From Deltaproteobacteria bacterium (GTDB lineage: Bacteria; CG2-30-53-67), in NCBI GenBank assembly GCA_013151235.1, contig JAADIO010000016.1:1-64000 (forward strand): a DNA stretch of 64,000 nucleotides, read 5' to 3'. A model generated the notes under the pieces. That model was not told the DNA's origin. It did no database searches and saw nothing but the letters and a program-made list of their open reading frames with translations. Below are positions 1-11,494 of this stretch, piece by piece (the first letter of the stretch is position 1; each line of letters begins with the position of its first letter). A program made the translations under genes and the position numbers.

Positions 1-245
1 AAGAGTTCGGGGCATTGTTGTGCCTCATCGAGGATGAAATGCCTTTGCAATCTGTTGAGGGCATCCTGAGGATCCTGGGAAACCCGCGCCAGATCGGACG
101 GCTTTTCCAGATCCAGGTATTCCCAGCCGGTCAGGGCGGACCTGATGAAGGTGGTCTTGCCGCATTGCCGCGGTCCGAGGACACAGACGATGGGAAAGGT
201 TTTCAACAACCGACGCAGACGTCCTGTGAAGTGCCGCTCAATCAT
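1..245 (-). CDS. AAA+ ATPase (AAA_14/DUF4143 type), 5' part only, runs off the window edge
   Basis: Manual translation MIERHFTGRLRRLLKTFPIVCVLGPRQCGKTT...FILDEAQQCPEL: Walker A GPRQCGKT, Walker B ILDEAQ; not in the ORF track. Confidence 0.85.
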   Translation of the reverse strand, partial: MIERHFTGRLRRLLKTFPIVCVLGPRQCGKTTFIRSALTGWEYLDLEKPSDLARVSQDPQDALNRLQRHFILDEAQQCPEL

Positions 246-360
246 ATATGCATTATAGAATTGAAATTTCTAATTTGCAACCATTTATTTGGTGCCCCGA
301 CACAGCGGAAGCGGAGCTCCCCTATCTCTCCGGGAACCCTTGAATAATACTTCTCTTTTC

Positions 361-502
361 GTAACTACACAGGTCACCTCTCTTTTTCCGCATGACTGCG
401 TTATTGCGGTGCTCAAATCCTCGACGTATGAAAAATACGCCTCCGGTTTTGCGCTCCTTACGCCTTGTCCTGCGGAGAAATAGAAGCAACCTGAGCAGTT
501 AC
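361..502. repeat. Palindromic MITE/REP-like element, family A (empty copy)
   Basis: Imperfect terminal inverted repeats GTAACTACACAGGT...ACCTGAGCAGTTAC; near-identical copy at 43862-44102, divergent inverted copy at 17781-17924. Confidence 0.85.
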
Positions 503-610
503 CTCTTTTCAAGATTCCAATCTTCTCCTTGAAAATCGGGAAGGGTTCCGATATGTTCTGCAATATCATCCGTCAATCCCGTGAATAATCCGTACGTCGG
601 AGACCGGTTC

Positions 611-3277
611 ATGCCGAAGTCTGAAACCCTCTACCTGATCGACGGGAGTTCCTACATCTACCGCGCTTTCTACGCCATCCGGAATCTCTCCAATTCGCAG
701 GGAATGCCGACGAACGCCGTCTACGGCTTTACCCGGATGCTGATGAAGGTGATTGCCGAGAAGAAGCCCGACTATGTAGCCGTTGCCTTTGATGCGAAGG
801 GCCCCACCTTTCGACACGAGTTCTATCCCGAGTACAAGGCGAACCGCCCGACCATGCCCGAAGAGCTGCAACCCCAGATCCCTTATATCAAAAGGATGGT
901 GGAAGGGTTTGCCATCCCTTCCATCGAGCGGGAGGGGGTCGAGGCCGATGATCTCCTGGGAACCCTGGCCCGGATCGGAGAGGAAAAGGGACTGGAGGTG
1001 GTTCTCGTCTCCGGGGACAAAGACCTCCTCCAGCTGGTCACCCCGAAGGTCCGTGTCTACGATACGATGAAGGAAAAGGTCTTCCGTGAGGAGGAAGTAA
1101 AGGAAAAGTTCGGTGTGGAGCCTGCCCGGGTGATCGAGGTGATGGCCCTCATGGGGGATTCCTCGGACAATGTGCCGGGAATCCCGGGGGTCGGGCCGAA
1201 AACGGCGGTCAAGTTGATTCAACAATATCACGACGTGGAGGGAGTCCTGGCGGAGGCCGGATCGATCCGGGGGAAGATGGGGGAGAAGATCCGGGAGAAT
1301 GCGGAATTGGCCCGGATCAGCCGGAAACTGGTCACCATCGACACCGCTCTGCCCGTCGATCTTGACCTCAATGCCTTCCGTTATACCGAACCGAAATTAG
1401 AAGATCTCATGGACCTCCTTCGCGAGCTGGAATTTACAACGCTCCTGCAGGAATTTTCCGGAGGGGGCAAGAGGAAGCAGAAGGAGTACCGGACGATCCT
1501 CGACCGGAAGGACCTCGACACCTTCCTGGCCCGCATCCGAAAGGAGAAGGAGGTCTCCTTTGATCTGGAAACGACGGCGCTTGATCCGATGCGGGCGAAG
1601 ATCGTCGGGGTCTCATTCTCCGTACAGGAGGATGAGGGGGTCTATGTTCCGGTGGCCCATACCGTTGACGCACCACAACAACTTTCCCTGCAGGAGGTTC
1701 TGGAGACGCTGGCTCCTCTCCTGACCGATCCTTCCATCCGGAAGATCGGGCAGAACATCAAGTATGACCTGCTGGTCCTGGCAAATGCCGGGGTGGAGCT
1801 TTCCGGGATCTATTTCGACACCATGGTTGCCTCCTACCTGATCAACCCCTCCCGGACGACGCACAATCTGAACGATCTCGCCCTGACCTATCTTAATCAC
1901 AAGATGATTACCTATAAAGAAGTGACCGGTACGGGAAAGAAGGCGATCGGTTTTGCCGAGGTCCCGGTCGAGCAGGCGACGGACTATGCCGCGGAGGACG
2001 CCGAGATCACCTACACCCTTTATCAGCGGCTGGAGCCGATGCTTTCCGAGAACAATCTTGAAACCCTCTTTCACGAGATCGAAATGCCGCTGATTCCCGT
2101 CCTGGCAAGGATGGAGCGGGCCGGGGTGAAGGTGGACGCCGATTTTTTGGCCTCCATGTCCGGTGAGATCCGAACGGATCTCGACCGCCTGATTACGAAG
2201 ATCTATGATTTGGCCGGTGAGGAGTTCAACATCAACTCCACACAGCAGCTTGCCCGGATTCTCTTCGAAAAACAAGGGATCAAACCGATCAAGAAAACCA
2301 AGACCGGGTATTCGACCAACATGGAGGTCCTGCAACAGCTTGCCGGGGAACATGAACTGCCCCGAGAGATCCTGGAGTACCGATCCCTGGCCAAGTTGAA
2401 ATCGACCTATATCGATGCACTGCCCAGGCTGATTCATCCCGAAACGGGCCGGGTCCATACCTCCTTCAACCAGACGGTGACGGCTACCGGGCGGCTTTCC
2501 AGCTCAGATCCGAATCTTCAGAACATCCCGATCCGGACCCCGCTCGGGAAAAAGATCCGGGAGGCCTTTGTCGCAGAGCCGGGGCATATGCTCGTCTCCG
2601 CCGACTACTCGCAGGTGGAGCTTCGGATCCTGGCCCATCTCTCGGGAGATCCGACCCTGATCGACGCCTTTCAAAAGAACGAGGATATCCATACAAGGAC
2701 GGCGGCGGAGATCTTTGACCTTCCGCCGGAACGCGTAACGGAAGAGATGCGCCGGGATGCCAAGACGGTCAACTTCGGGATCATCTACGGTATGGGGCGG
2801 TACGGACTTTCCCGGCAGTTGGAGATCCCTGTCTACGAGGCGGAGCGATATATTGAAAGTTATTTTGCCCGTTATCCCGGTGTCAAGGCCTACCAGGACC
2901 GATTACTGGAAGAGGCCCGGAAGACCGGTTACGTGACCACTCTCATGAACCGCCGCCGGCCCATTCCGGAACTGGCCGGATCGAACAAAAACCGTATCGC
3001 CATGGGAGAACGGACGGCGATCAATACGCCGATCCAGGGGAGTGCCGCCGACATCATCAAGGTGGCCATGATCCGGATCGATGAAACCCTCCGGCGGGAG
3101 AAGATGCAGGCAAGAATGATCCTCCAGATCCATGATGAACTGATTCTCGAGGTTCCCGAAAACGAACTGGATCGGGCCGGAACCATGCTACGGGAGGGGA
3201 TGGAGGGGGTGGTTAACCTGAAGGTGCCGCTGCGGGTCGATCTGGGGGTGGGGAAAAACTGGCGCGACGCACATTGA
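611..3277 (+). CDS. polA: DNA polymerase I
   Basis: LIDGSSYIYRAFYA 5'-3' exonuclease start, DYSQVELR motif A, KTVNFGIIYG motif B, QIHDEL motif C. Confidence 0.98.
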   Translation: MPKSETLYLIDGSSYIYRAFYAIRNLSNSQGMPTNAVYGFTRMLMKVIAEKKPDYVAVAFDAKGPTFRHEFYPEYKANRPTMPEELQPQIPYIKRMVEGFAIPSIEREGVEADDLLGTLARIGEEKGLEVVLVSGDKDLLQLVTPKVRVYDTMKEKVFREEEVKEKFGVEPARVIEVMALMGDSSDNVPGIPGVGPKTAVKLIQQYHDVEGVLAEAGSIRGKMGEKIRENAELARISRKLVTIDTALPVDLDLNAFRYTEPKLEDLMDLLRELEFTTLLQEFSGGGKRKQKEYRTILDRKDLDTFLARIRKEKEVSFDLETTALDPMRAKIVGVSFSVQEDEGVYVPVAHTVDAPQQLSLQEVLETLAPLLTDPSIRKIGQNIKYDLLVLANAGVELSGIYFDTMVASYLINPSRTTHNLNDLALTYLNHKMITYKEVTGTGKKAIGFAEVPVEQATDYAAEDAEITYTLYQRLEPMLSENNLETLFHEIEMPLIPVLARMERAGVKVDADFLASMSGEIRTDLDRLITKIYDLAGEEFNINSTQQLARILFEKQGIKPIKKTKTGYSTNMEVLQQLAGEHELPREILEYRSLAKLKSTYIDALPRLIHPETGRVHTSFNQTVTATGRLSSSDPNLQNIPIRTPLGKKIREAFVAEPGHMLVSADYSQVELRILAHLSGDPTLIDAFQKNEDIHTRTAAEIFDLPPERVTEEMRRDAKTVNFGIIYGMGRYGLSRQLEIPVYEAERYIESYFARYPGVKAYQDRLLEEARKTGYVTTLMNRRRPIPELAGSNKNRIAMGERTAINTPIQGSAADIIKVAMIRIDETLRREKMQARMILQIHDELILEVPENELDRAGTMLREGMEGVVNLKVPLRVDLGVGKNWRDAH

Positions 3278-3370
3278 CATTTGCCGGAAAATCTGAAAGA
3301 ATATTTATTTCCGGAAAGATTTCCCCGGCCCACAATCTGGAGCCGGGATTTTCTGTTACAGGAGGGATAG

Positions 3371-3895
3371 GTGAGAGGAACAACGATTTTGTCGGTCCGA
3401 AAGGACGGTCGGGTGGCGCTGGCCGGAGACGGACAGGTGACCGTGGGAAACACCATCCTTAAACAGAGGGCGAAAAAGATCCGGCGGCTCTACAAGGACC
3501 GGGTTCTCGTCGGCTTTGCCGGGGCCACGGCCGATGCCTTTACCCTTTTTGAAAAGTTTGAGGCCAAGCTCGATCAGTATAGCGGGAACCTGACCCGCTC
3601 CGCCGTGGAGCTGGCCAAGGACTGGCGAACGGACCGTATCCTGCGAAAGTTGGAGGCGATGATGATTGCCGTCGACCGGGATCATTCCTTTATCCTCTCC
3701 GGCAACGGTGACGTGGTGGAGCCCGATGACGGGATCGTGGCCATCGGTTCCGGCGGTGCTTACGCCCAGGCGGCGGCGAGGGCCCTGGTGCGGCACACCG
3801 AACTCACGGTGTCGGAGATCGTGAAGGAGGGGATGACCATCGCCGCGGGCATCTGTATTTATACCAATGAAGAGATTACCGTAGAGGAACTCTGA
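3371..3895 (+). CDS. hslV: ATP-dependent protease peptidase subunit HslV
   Basis: TTILSVRK...AGDGQVT, GSGG motif; adjacent to hslU. Confidence 0.97.
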   Translation: MRGTTILSVRKDGRVALAGDGQVTVGNTILKQRAKKIRRLYKDRVLVGFAGATADAFTLFEKFEAKLDQYSGNLTRSAVELAKDWRTDRILRKLEAMMIAVDRDHSFILSGNGDVVEPDDGIVAIGSGGAYAQAAARALVRHTELTVSEIVKEGMTIAAGICIYTNEEITVEEL

Positions 3896-4019
3896 TGGCT
3901 TCGTAAAAAGTTCGTCTGCTGCGTTTATCAGGTTTTGCTTTCATTGCGACGTACAAAAAAGTACGTCTCACTCATCAAAACCTTCGCGCCTTGCATCCGC
4001 AACTTTTTACTTTGCCGTC
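3894..4019. repeat. Palindromic MITE/REP-like element, family B (empty copy)
   Basis: GATGGCTTCGTAAAAAG...CTTTTTACTTTGCCGTC ends, central GACGTAC-AAAAAA-GTACGTC hairpin; homolog at 9970-10169. Confidence 0.8.
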
Positions 4020-4085
4020 TCATATGTAGACTTCTTGTGACACCATTAACCTTGGGGACAGGAAACAGAGGAAGGTGAAGAAAAT

Positions 4086-5453
4086 ATGTCGGAATTGACC
4101 CCCAGGCAGATTGTTGCCGAGTTGGATAAATATATTATCGGGCAGGCGGATGCGAAGCGGGCCGTGGCGATCGCCATCCGGGACCGGTGGCGAAGGCTCC
4201 AGCTTCCCGAAGAGCTGCGGGAGGAGGTCCTCCCCAAGAACATTATCATGATCGGTCCCACCGGTGTCGGAAAGACGGAGATCTCCCGCCGCCTCGCGAC
4301 ACTCACGAAGGCGCCCTTCATCAAGGTGGAGGCCTCGAAATATACCGAGGTCGGCTATGTGGGACGTGACGTCGAATCGATGATCCGGGACCTGACGGAG
4401 ATCGCCGTCAACATGGTCCGCTCGGAGATGGCCGAGACGGTACGGGAGCAGGCCGTCCGGAACACGGAGGAAAAAATCCTCGATCTCCTGCTTCCCCCCC
4501 TGCAGCGCTCCGGCGCCACTTCGGACGGCCGGATCGAGGTGACGGGGGATATGAACGAAGAGGAGCAGCAGGGAAAGACCCGGGAGAAACTGCGGGAGAA
4601 ATTGCGGGCAGGCAAGCTCGACAGCCGGATGGTCGATATCGAGCAGAGCGAGTCCGCCGGATCCCCGATGGTGGAGATTTTTACCGGTTCCGGAATGGAA
4701 GAGTTCAACATCAAGGATATGCTCGGCAATTTTTTCCCTAAGCGGAAGAAGCAGCGCCGGACCACCATTGCCGAGGCCCGCCGGATTCTCGAAGAGGAAG
4801 AGGCCCAGCGTCTCGTGGATATGGAAAAGGTGAAAGAGGAGGCCCTCCGGCGGGTTGAGAATTCGGGGATGGTTTTCATCGACGAGATCGACAAGGTGGC
4901 CGGCCGCGAGGGGAGCGGTGCCGCCGGTCCTTCGGTTTCACGGGAAGGGGTACAGCGGGATATTCTCCCCATCGTGGAAGGTTCCACGGTAACGACCAAG
5001 TACGGGATGGTCCGAACCGATCATATTCTCTTTATCTCCGCCGGGGCCTTCCATGTGGCAAAACCGTCGGACCTGATCCCGGAGTTGCAGGGGCGCTTTC
5101 CGATCCGGGTGGAACTGAAGTCCCTCGGCAAAGAGGAATTTATCCGGATCCTGACGGAGCCGAAAAACGCACTCATCAAACAGTACCGGGCAATGCTCAA
5201 AACGGAAGGGTTTGATCTGACCTTTTCCGACGATGCCATTGAGGAGATTGCAAAGGTGGCGACGGAGGTCAATGAGCGCTCCGAAAATATCGGTGCACGC
5301 AGACTCTATACCATTATCGAACGGCTCCTTTCGGACATCTCTTTTGACGCCCCCGATACCGACCCGAAGGAGGCGGTCATCGACCGAGCCTATGTGCAGC
5401 AGGGGCTCAAGGAAATCGTTGGGGACGAGGATCTTTCAAAGTACATCCTGTAG
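4086..5453 (+). CDS. hslU: ATP-dependent protease ATPase subunit HslU
   Basis: [35 protein letters not shown]. Confidence 0.98.
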   Translation: MSELTPRQIVAELDKYIIGQADAKRAVAIAIRDRWRRLQLPEELREEVLPKNIIMIGPTGVGKTEISRRLATLTKAPFIKVEASKYTEVGYVGRDVESMIRDLTEIAVNMVRSEMAETVREQAVRNTEEKILDLLLPPLQRSGATSDGRIEVTGDMNEEEQQGKTREKLREKLRAGKLDSRMVDIEQSESAGSPMVEIFTGSGMEEFNIKDMLGNFFPKRKKQRRTTIAEARRILEEEEAQRLVDMEKVKEEALRRVENSGMVFIDEIDKVAGREGSGAAGPSVSREGVQRDILPIVEGSTVTTKYGMVRTDHILFISAGAFHVAKPSDLIPELQGRFPIRVELKSLGKEEFIRILTEPKNALIKQYRAMLKTEGFDLTFSDDAIEEIAKVATEVNERSENIGARRLYTIIERLLSDISFDAPDTDPKEAVIDRAYVQQGLKEIVGDEDLSKYIL

Positions 5454-5506
5454 GATCCAAGGGGTCAGGTGGAACCTCACAGACTATTCATCAGAGAGTA
5501 AAGGCA

Positions 5507-6391
5507 ATGGAAAAACTCCTTCGGACGGCGGAAGTCCTCATTGAGGCGCTTCCCTATATCCGGAATTTTCAAGGGAAGACCATCGTTATCAAATACGGCG
5601 GTAACGCCATGGTCGACGAGGAGCTGAAACGGAACTTCGCCCTTGATGTCATCCTCATGAAATCGGTGGGGATCAACCCGGTGATCGTTCATGGAGGCGG
5701 CCCCCAGATCGGGCGGACCATGGAACGGATGGGAAAGATCCCCCGCTTCGTCAACGGCCAACGGGTGACCGATGAAGAGACCATGGATATCGTTCAGATG
5801 GTCCTCGGCGGCAAGGTCAACAAGGAGATTGTCTCCCTGATCAACAACAACGGCGGCACGGCTGTGGGCCTCACCGGGAAAGACGGGAAGATGATCCGGG
5901 CGAAGAAGCTTGTGGTCACCACACCCTCGCCGGAAACGGGAGCGCCCGAAATCATCGATCTCGGCAAGGTCGGCGAGGTAGAATCGATTGATCCGTCGAT
6001 TCTCCATGTCATCACCGCGTCGGGCAGCATCCCCGTCATTGCCCCGGTGGGCGAAGGAGAAGGTGGCGACTCCTACAACATCAATGCCGATCTTGTTACC
6101 GGGAGCCTGGCCGCCGCCCTGGCCGCGGAAAAACTGATTCTCCTGACCGATGTGGAAGGGATTCGGGACGCCTCGGGTATGCTGGTGCCGACGGCGACGA
6201 AAAAGAATGTGGAGCAGATGAAGCAGGAGAAGGTGATTACCTCGGGGATGCTGCCCAAGGTGGAGGCCTGTTTTGAGGCCCTTGCCGGAGGCGTGAAGAA
6301 GACCCATATTATTGATGGCCGGATCCGGCACGCCGTGCTTTTAGAGGTCTTTACCAAAGGCGGTGTGGGGACGGAGATTGTTGCCGAATGA
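5507..6391 (+). CDS. argB: Acetylglutamate kinase
   Basis: [31 protein letters not shown]. Confidence 0.97.
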   Translation: MEKLLRTAEVLIEALPYIRNFQGKTIVIKYGGNAMVDEELKRNFALDVILMKSVGINPVIVHGGGPQIGRTMERMGKIPRFVNGQRVTDEETMDIVQMVLGGKVNKEIVSLINNNGGTAVGLTGKDGKMIRAKKLVVTTPSPETGAPEIIDLGKVGEVESIDPSILHVITASGSIPVIAPVGEGEGGDSYNINADLVTGSLAAALAAEKLILLTDVEGIRDASGMLVPTATKKNVEQMKQEKVITSGMLPKVEACFEALAGGVKKTHIIDGRIRHAVLLEVFTKGGVGTEIVAE

Positions 6392-6404
6392 AGGAGGAGG
6401 CGGG

Positions 6405-7595
6405 ATGGCCTCAGTCCGGGATGATGTCATGAAAATCACGGAAAAATATATTATGGAGACCTACGGCCGTTACCCGGTGACGCTGGTCCGGGGAGAGGGG
6501 TGCCGCGTCTGGGACAGTAATGACCGGGAATACATCGATTTTCTCTCCGGTCTGGCCGTCAACAGCCTCGGCCATTGCCACCCGGCCGTTGTGTCGGCGA
6601 TCCGGGAACAGGCGGGACAGTTGATCCATGTCTCCAATCTCTACCACATTGCGCCCCAGGCGGAGCTGGCGAAGCTGCTTGTGGATCACTCCTTCGCGGG
6701 CAAGGCTTTTTTCGCCAATAGTGGCGCTGAAGCGAATGAAGCGGCGATCAAGCTGGCCCGAAAACATGCCAAAGACCGGGGGGAGCCCGACCGGTGTGAG
6801 ATTGTCTCCATGATCCAGTCCTTCCACGGACGAACCCTGGCGACGGTGACGGCGACCGGGCAGAAGAAGTTTCATCAAGGATTTGAACCGCTGGTGCCGG
6901 GTTTTCACTATGTTTCCTTTAATGATATTTCCGCTGTCGAAGCGGTTGTAACGGAGAAAACCTGTGCCGTCCTGGTGGAGCCGGTCCAGGGAGAGGGGGG
7001 AATCCATATTGCGGCGGAAGGATATCTGCCGGCCCTGAAAAAGCTCTGCCGCGACCGGGGAGCGCTGCTCATCTTCGATGAGGTACAGTGCGGCATGGGA
7101 CGGACGGGCAAGTTGTTCGCATACGAACATTTCGATTCCGCCCCCGACATCATGACCCTGGCCAAGGCCCTGGGCGGCGGCGTCCCCATCGGAGCGATGC
7201 TGGCAACGGACGAAGTTGCCGGGAGTTTCGTCCCCGGAACCCACGCCTCGACCTTCGGCGGGAATCCCTTGTCCTGTGCGGCCGGTGCAGCCGTGATGAA
7301 GACGCTGCTCTCTCCCGGGTTTCTCGATACCGTCAACGCCCGGTCCGGTTACTTTGTAGCCTGTCTGGAGGATCTGAAGCGTCGCCACACCGTGATCCGG
7401 GAGATTCGGGCTCTGGGCCTCATGATCGGGGTGGAGCTGGAACTCGATGGGGTGGCGATCGCCCGGGAGTGTCTGGAACGGGGATTCCTGATTAATTGTA
7501 CAATGGGAAATGTCCTCCGTTTTTTGCCGCCTCTCATCGTTTCTCATGAAGAAATCGACGCCTTGATTGCGCTATTGGATCAGGTCCTGCCGTGA
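6405..7595 (+). CDS. argD: Acetylornithine aminotransferase
   Basis: NSGAEANEAAIK, FHGRT, DEVQCGMGRTG, AKALGGG; arg operon context. Confidence 0.95.
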   Translation: MASVRDDVMKITEKYIMETYGRYPVTLVRGEGCRVWDSNDREYIDFLSGLAVNSLGHCHPAVVSAIREQAGQLIHVSNLYHIAPQAELAKLLVDHSFAGKAFFANSGAEANEAAIKLARKHAKDRGEPDRCEIVSMIQSFHGRTLATVTATGQKKFHQGFEPLVPGFHYVSFNDISAVEAVVTEKTCAVLVEPVQGEGGIHIAAEGYLPALKKLCRDRGALLIFDEVQCGMGRTGKLFAYEHFDSAPDIMTLAKALGGGVPIGAMLATDEVAGSFVPGTHASTFGGNPLSCAAGAAVMKTLLSPGFLDTVNARSGYFVACLEDLKRRHTVIREIRALGLMIGVELELDGVAIARECLERGFLINCTMGNVLRFLPPLIVSHEEIDALIALLDQVLP

Positions 7596-7648
7596 GAATT
7601 CCAACTGTGTGATGGGTATGCCGATTGCGGAAAGACAGGGGGTATCGA

Positions 7649-8581
7649 ATGAAAAAAGATCTACTTTCCATTCATGATTTGAGCCGTGAGGAAATCGAAC
7701 TTATCCTGGAGCGTTCCTCCGACCTGAAACGGAAGCGGAATGAAGGAGTCTCCTATCAGCCCCTTCAGGGGAAATGTCTGGGGATGATCTTCGATAAGTC
7801 CTCCACCCGAACCCGGGTCTCCTTTGAGGTGGGAATCTACCAGTTGGGCGGTTATGCCCTTTTCCTGAGCAATCGCGATATCCAGCTCGGGCGGGGGGAG
7901 ACCATCGCCGATACGGCCCAGGTCCTCTCCCGCTACATCGACGGGATCATGATCCGGACCTACCGGCAGTCCGATGTGGAGGAACTTGCGGCCGTGGCGG
8001 ACATCCCGGTGATCAACGGGCTGACCGATCTGCTTCACCCGTGCCAGGTCCTGGCCGACCTCTTCACCGTCCAGGAACGGTTCGGATCTTTTGAGGGCTT
8101 GAAAGTGGCCTATGTGGGGGATGGGAACAACATGGCGAATTCCTGGCTTTATGCCGCGGCGAAACTGGGCCTCGCGATCTCCATCGGCTGTCCTGAGGGA
8201 TACGCACCGGATGACGGCGTTCTGTCGGAAGCACGGGAGGACGCCCGCGCCTCGGGTTCCCGCATTGTTGTCACCCACGACCCGGTGGAGGCCGTCACCG
8301 ATGCACAGGTAATTATTACCGATGTCTGGGCCAGCATGGGACAGGAAGAGGAGTACGAAAAGCGGTTACGGGATTTTGCCGGCTATCAGGTGAATCGGAA
8401 ACTTGCGGAACATGCCGATCCGACCTATCTTTTCATGCACTGTCTGCCCGCCCATCGCGGTGAAGAGGTGGCCGCGGATGTAATCGACGGGTCCCACTCC
8501 ATTGTCGTGGATGAGGCGGAAAACCGGTTACATACCCAGAAGGCGGTCATGGAACTTTTGATGGGAGAACAATCAGGATGA
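7649..8581 (+). CDS. argF: Ornithine carbamoyltransferase
   Basis: STRTR, HPCQ, SMGQE, HCLP. Confidence 0.97.
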   Translation: MKKDLLSIHDLSREEIELILERSSDLKRKRNEGVSYQPLQGKCLGMIFDKSSTRTRVSFEVGIYQLGGYALFLSNRDIQLGRGETIADTAQVLSRYIDGIMIRTYRQSDVEELAAVADIPVINGLTDLLHPCQVLADLFTVQERFGSFEGLKVAYVGDGNNMANSWLYAAAKLGLAISIGCPEGYAPDDGVLSEAREDARASGSRIVVTHDPVEAVTDAQVIITDVWASMGQEEEYEKRLRDFAGYQVNRKLAEHADPTYLFMHCLPAHRGEEVAADVIDGSHSIVVDEAENRLHTQKAVMELLMGEQSG

Positions 8582-9792
8582 GTGAAAAGATCCGAAAGGT
8601 GGTCGTCGCCTATTCCGGAGGATTGGATACCTCCGTGATCGTCCGGTGGATCCGGGAGACCTACCGGTGTGACGTGGTAACCTTCACGGCCGACCTCGGT
8701 CAGGAGGAGGAATTAGACGGGATCGAGGAGAAGGCGAAAAAGACGGGGGCCGTCAAAGCCGTGATCTCCGATCTTCGGGAGGAGTTCGTCCGGGATTATG
8801 TCTTTCCGGCCCTGCAGGCCGATGCCGTCTATGAAGGGCTCTATCTCATGGGGACCTCCCTGGCCCGGCCGTTGATCTCAAAATATCTTGTGGAGATCGC
8901 CCGGGCCGAAGGGGCGGACGCCATTGCTCACGGAGCGACGGGGAAAGGAAACGACCAGGTGCGATTTGAGCTCTCCGCCTATGCCTTGAATCCGGAGATC
9001 AAGATCGTGGCCCCTTGGCGGGAATGGGACCTCAATTCCCGTGAGGCTCTGATCGCCTATGCCGAAAAGCACGGGATCCCCGTGCCGGTGACCAAGGCCC
9101 GCCCCTACAGTACCGACCGGAACCTTTTTCACATCAGTTTCGAAGGGGGAGTATTAGAGGATCCCTGGGAACCGCCGCCCGAGGAGATGTTCGTCCTGAC
9201 CGTTGCCCCGGAAACCGCCCCCGACGAGGCGGAAAAGATTATCATCGATTTTGAAAACGGGATTCCGACGGCGCTCAATGGCCGGAACCTGTCGCCGGCG
9301 GAACTGCTGACTGAAGCGAACCGTCTGGGGGGAAAGCACGGCATCGGTCGCCTTGACATGGTGGAAAACCGTTTCGTCGGGATGAAGGCCCGGGGAGTGT
9401 ATGAGACACCGGGCGGGACCCTCCTTCATGTCGCCCACCGCGCCATGGAGTCGATTGCCATGGACCGGGAGGTCATGCACCTGCGGGACAGCCTGATCCC
9501 GAAATTTGCCGAACTGGTCTATAACGGTTTCTGGTTTTCACCGGAAATGGAGATGCTCTTGAAGACCATCGAACAATCCCAGCGGGGTGTGACCGGCACG
9601 GTCCGCCTGAAATTGTACAAAGGAAACTGCATCGTCGAGGGAAGAAAGTCGCCGAACTCCCTCTACAATCCGGAGTTCGCGACCTTTGAGGCCGACGAGG
9701 TTTACAACCAGAAGGATGCCGAAGGGTTTATCCGGCTCAACGCCCTCCGGCTCCGAATCCGTAAAATGTTGGAAGAAAGGGAGAGACCATGA
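8578..9792 (+). CDS. argG: Argininosuccinate synthase
   Basis: [32 protein letters not shown]. Confidence 0.98.
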   Translation: MSEKIRKVVVAYSGGLDTSVIVRWIRETYRCDVVTFTADLGQEEELDGIEEKAKKTGAVKAVISDLREEFVRDYVFPALQADAVYEGLYLMGTSLARPLISKYLVEIARAEGADAIAHGATGKGNDQVRFELSAYALNPEIKIVAPWREWDLNSREALIAYAEKHGIPVPVTKARPYSTDRNLFHISFEGGVLEDPWEPPPEEMFVLTVAPETAPDEAEKIIIDFENGIPTALNGRNLSPAELLTEANRLGGKHGIGRLDMVENRFVGMKARGVYETPGGTLLHVAHRAMESIAMDREVMHLRDSLIPKFAELVYNGFWFSPEMEMLLKTIEQSQRGVTGTVRLKLYKGNCIVEGRKSPNSLYNPEFATFEADEVYNQKDAEGFIRLNALRLRIRKMLEERERP

Positions 9793-9971
9793 AGATCAAC
9801 GTGGAAAAAGCACTTGTGGAATTTACCCCGGAGACCGATGAGGAAACGGCATCTCTCGAGAAGGTCTGGAATCTGATCGTCGACTGTGTAAAGGCCAACA
9901 AGAAACTTGTGCCCGTCGGAGAGTATGTGCCGGCGAAGCGAAAGCTGGCACGGTTTGCCATCGAAGACTGA
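9789..9971 (+). CDS. Small hypothetical protein (60 aa), translationally coupled to argG
   Basis: ATGA overlap with argG stop, GGAG RBS, globular-looking sequence. Confidence 0.75.
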   Translation: MKINVEKALVEFTPETDEETASLEKVWNLIVDCVKANKKLVPVGEYVPAKRKLARFAIED

Positions 9972-10169
9972 CGGTTTCGTCAAAAGGTCCGTTTGCTTGT
10001 TACGCCTTCGGTGTGCCCCGTTTCAGATTAATTTTTGCCGCCGTTGGCGGCCCACACATTAAGGTCTCTTGAGGTTATCAGGTTTTGAGTTCGCTGCGGC
10101 GTACAACAAAGTACGTTTCACTTCTCAAAATCTTCGCGCCTTGCATCCGGGCCTTTTGACTGTGCCGTC
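9970..10169. repeat. Palindromic element family B carrying a 72 bp nested insert (10003-10074)
   Basis: GACGGTTTCGTCAAAAGG...CCTTTTGACTGTGCCGTC ends; aligns to 3894-4019 apart from the insert. Confidence 0.8.
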
Positions 10170-10188
10170 CCGAGTCGAAAGCAAGAAG

Positions 10189-10578
10189 CTAAAAACGCCA
10201 GCGGACCAGGTCGGCATGCAGGTTCGTCGGTCTCTCCGCTTTTCCGGACCTTCCGGCGTCCGTCTGTAATGTGGGAAGCCCTACGGTAATCCGGTCTTTG
10301 TCGATCTCCACCAGGGACCGCGAGGTATCATAGACGCCATAGGCAATTCCCGCCAGCGCCCCGACAAACCCCCCATAGGCCACATTCTCCCAGTGACCAC
10401 TCTTGTTGTTGGTTGTCAGCAGGAGAAGCCCCCCGAGGAAGGCGCCCGTCAGCGAACCGTATACGGTGTCCCTTAAAACAATCGGCATGGTATCTTCCTC
10501 GGCGGCGGCCGGGCGCAGGGGGAGAAGGGTGACAACAAGCATCAGCGCGACGAAAAGTGCAATCATACGATTTTTCAT
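10189..10578 (-). CDS. Hypothetical exported/membrane protein with glycine-rich hydrophobic hairpin
   Basis: Signal peptide ending AAA, GSLTGAFLGG and GGFVGALAG segments, C-terminal WRF; AGGAG RBS. Confidence 0.7.
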   Translation of the reverse strand: MKNRMIALFVALMLVVTLLPLRPAAAEEDTMPIVLRDTVYGSLTGAFLGGLLLLTTNNKSGHWENVAYGGFVGALAGIAYGVYDTSRSLVEIDKDRITVGLPTLQTDAGRSGKAERPTNLHADLVRWRF

Positions 10579-10742
10579 GAATCGTTCTCCTTGCAGAATT
10601 CAGGGTTGTTAAGGAAGCTTTGTTGAGACTACAATAATCCCACCCGAAAAATCAAGAGATCTCTGAGTAAAAAAGGGGGAAGGCCGACAACCGTGGAGGC
10701 CCTGTGCAGAGCCGACCGGGTTTTATGAACCGCAGGGGGTTC

Positions 10743-11405
10743 TCAGGGGGTGGAGTGGGGGATCTTTTCCATGGTGATGCAAAAGGGGAGGAGAAAATCC
10801 ACATCTTCCTTCCCGGCGAAGATCCGTCGGATCCGGAAGGTCAGTTCCTTGGCCTGCCGTGCACCCGGTTCAGGTCGTTTGAAGAGAAGGAGCCCTCGAA
10901 TATGTTCTCCCGGCTGCAGGGTGATATAGCTTCGTAACAGCATCTTTTCCATTCCATCCAGCCGATGTTCGCTTCCCGGAGTGCCGTAAAGGGCTTGATA
11001 GAAATCATCATATTCAAGCTGAAAGAGAGGCCACCCCTCAAGCATGAGGGAAAATGCGGCCGAGGGGTTGAAACTGATTGCACCGTTTGAGCGATTTTCC
11101 ATGATGAGGTAGAAGGCAATCGGTTCCTTGTGTTTCGGGTAGAGCCCGGCAAAGGGGTTGTCGAAATTCCACCGGCGGTCAATGTCCGAAGGAACATCAA
11201 GAGTCGCAAAGGGAAGAGGCATCAACGCTCCCCATATTCCGTGGCCTTCGAAGGTGACGGCCTTCCCGGAGGGATCAAGATGTGAGGCCGGCTCCGGAGC
11301 GGGAGTGACCGACATCCGGTAGAGGCGTGCATCGGTTTTGCAGCCGGTTGCAGCGATCATGAAGAGAAGAGCAATCAATAGATCACGGAACAAGGTTGTT
11401 TTCAT
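10743..11405 (-). CDS. Hypothetical lipoprotein
   Basis: Signal peptide with lipobox-like ATGC. Confidence 0.7.
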   Translation of the reverse strand: MKTTLFRDLLIALLFMIAATGCKTDARLYRMSVTPAPEPASHLDPSGKAVTFEGHGIWGALMPLPFATLDVPSDIDRRWNFDNPFAGLYPKHKEPIAFYLIMENRSNGAISFNPSAAFSLMLEGWPLFQLEYDDFYQALYGTPGSEHRLDGMEKMLLRSYITLQPGEHIRGLLLFKRPEPGARQAKELTFRIRRIFAGKEDVDFLLPFCITMEKIPHSTP

Positions 11406-11494
11406 AATGCATAAATATGCATTGAATCGGTATCATGGTCAAGAGGAAAAACGACCGGACTTCCCCCGATTTTCCAGATGGGGAACAACATCTC

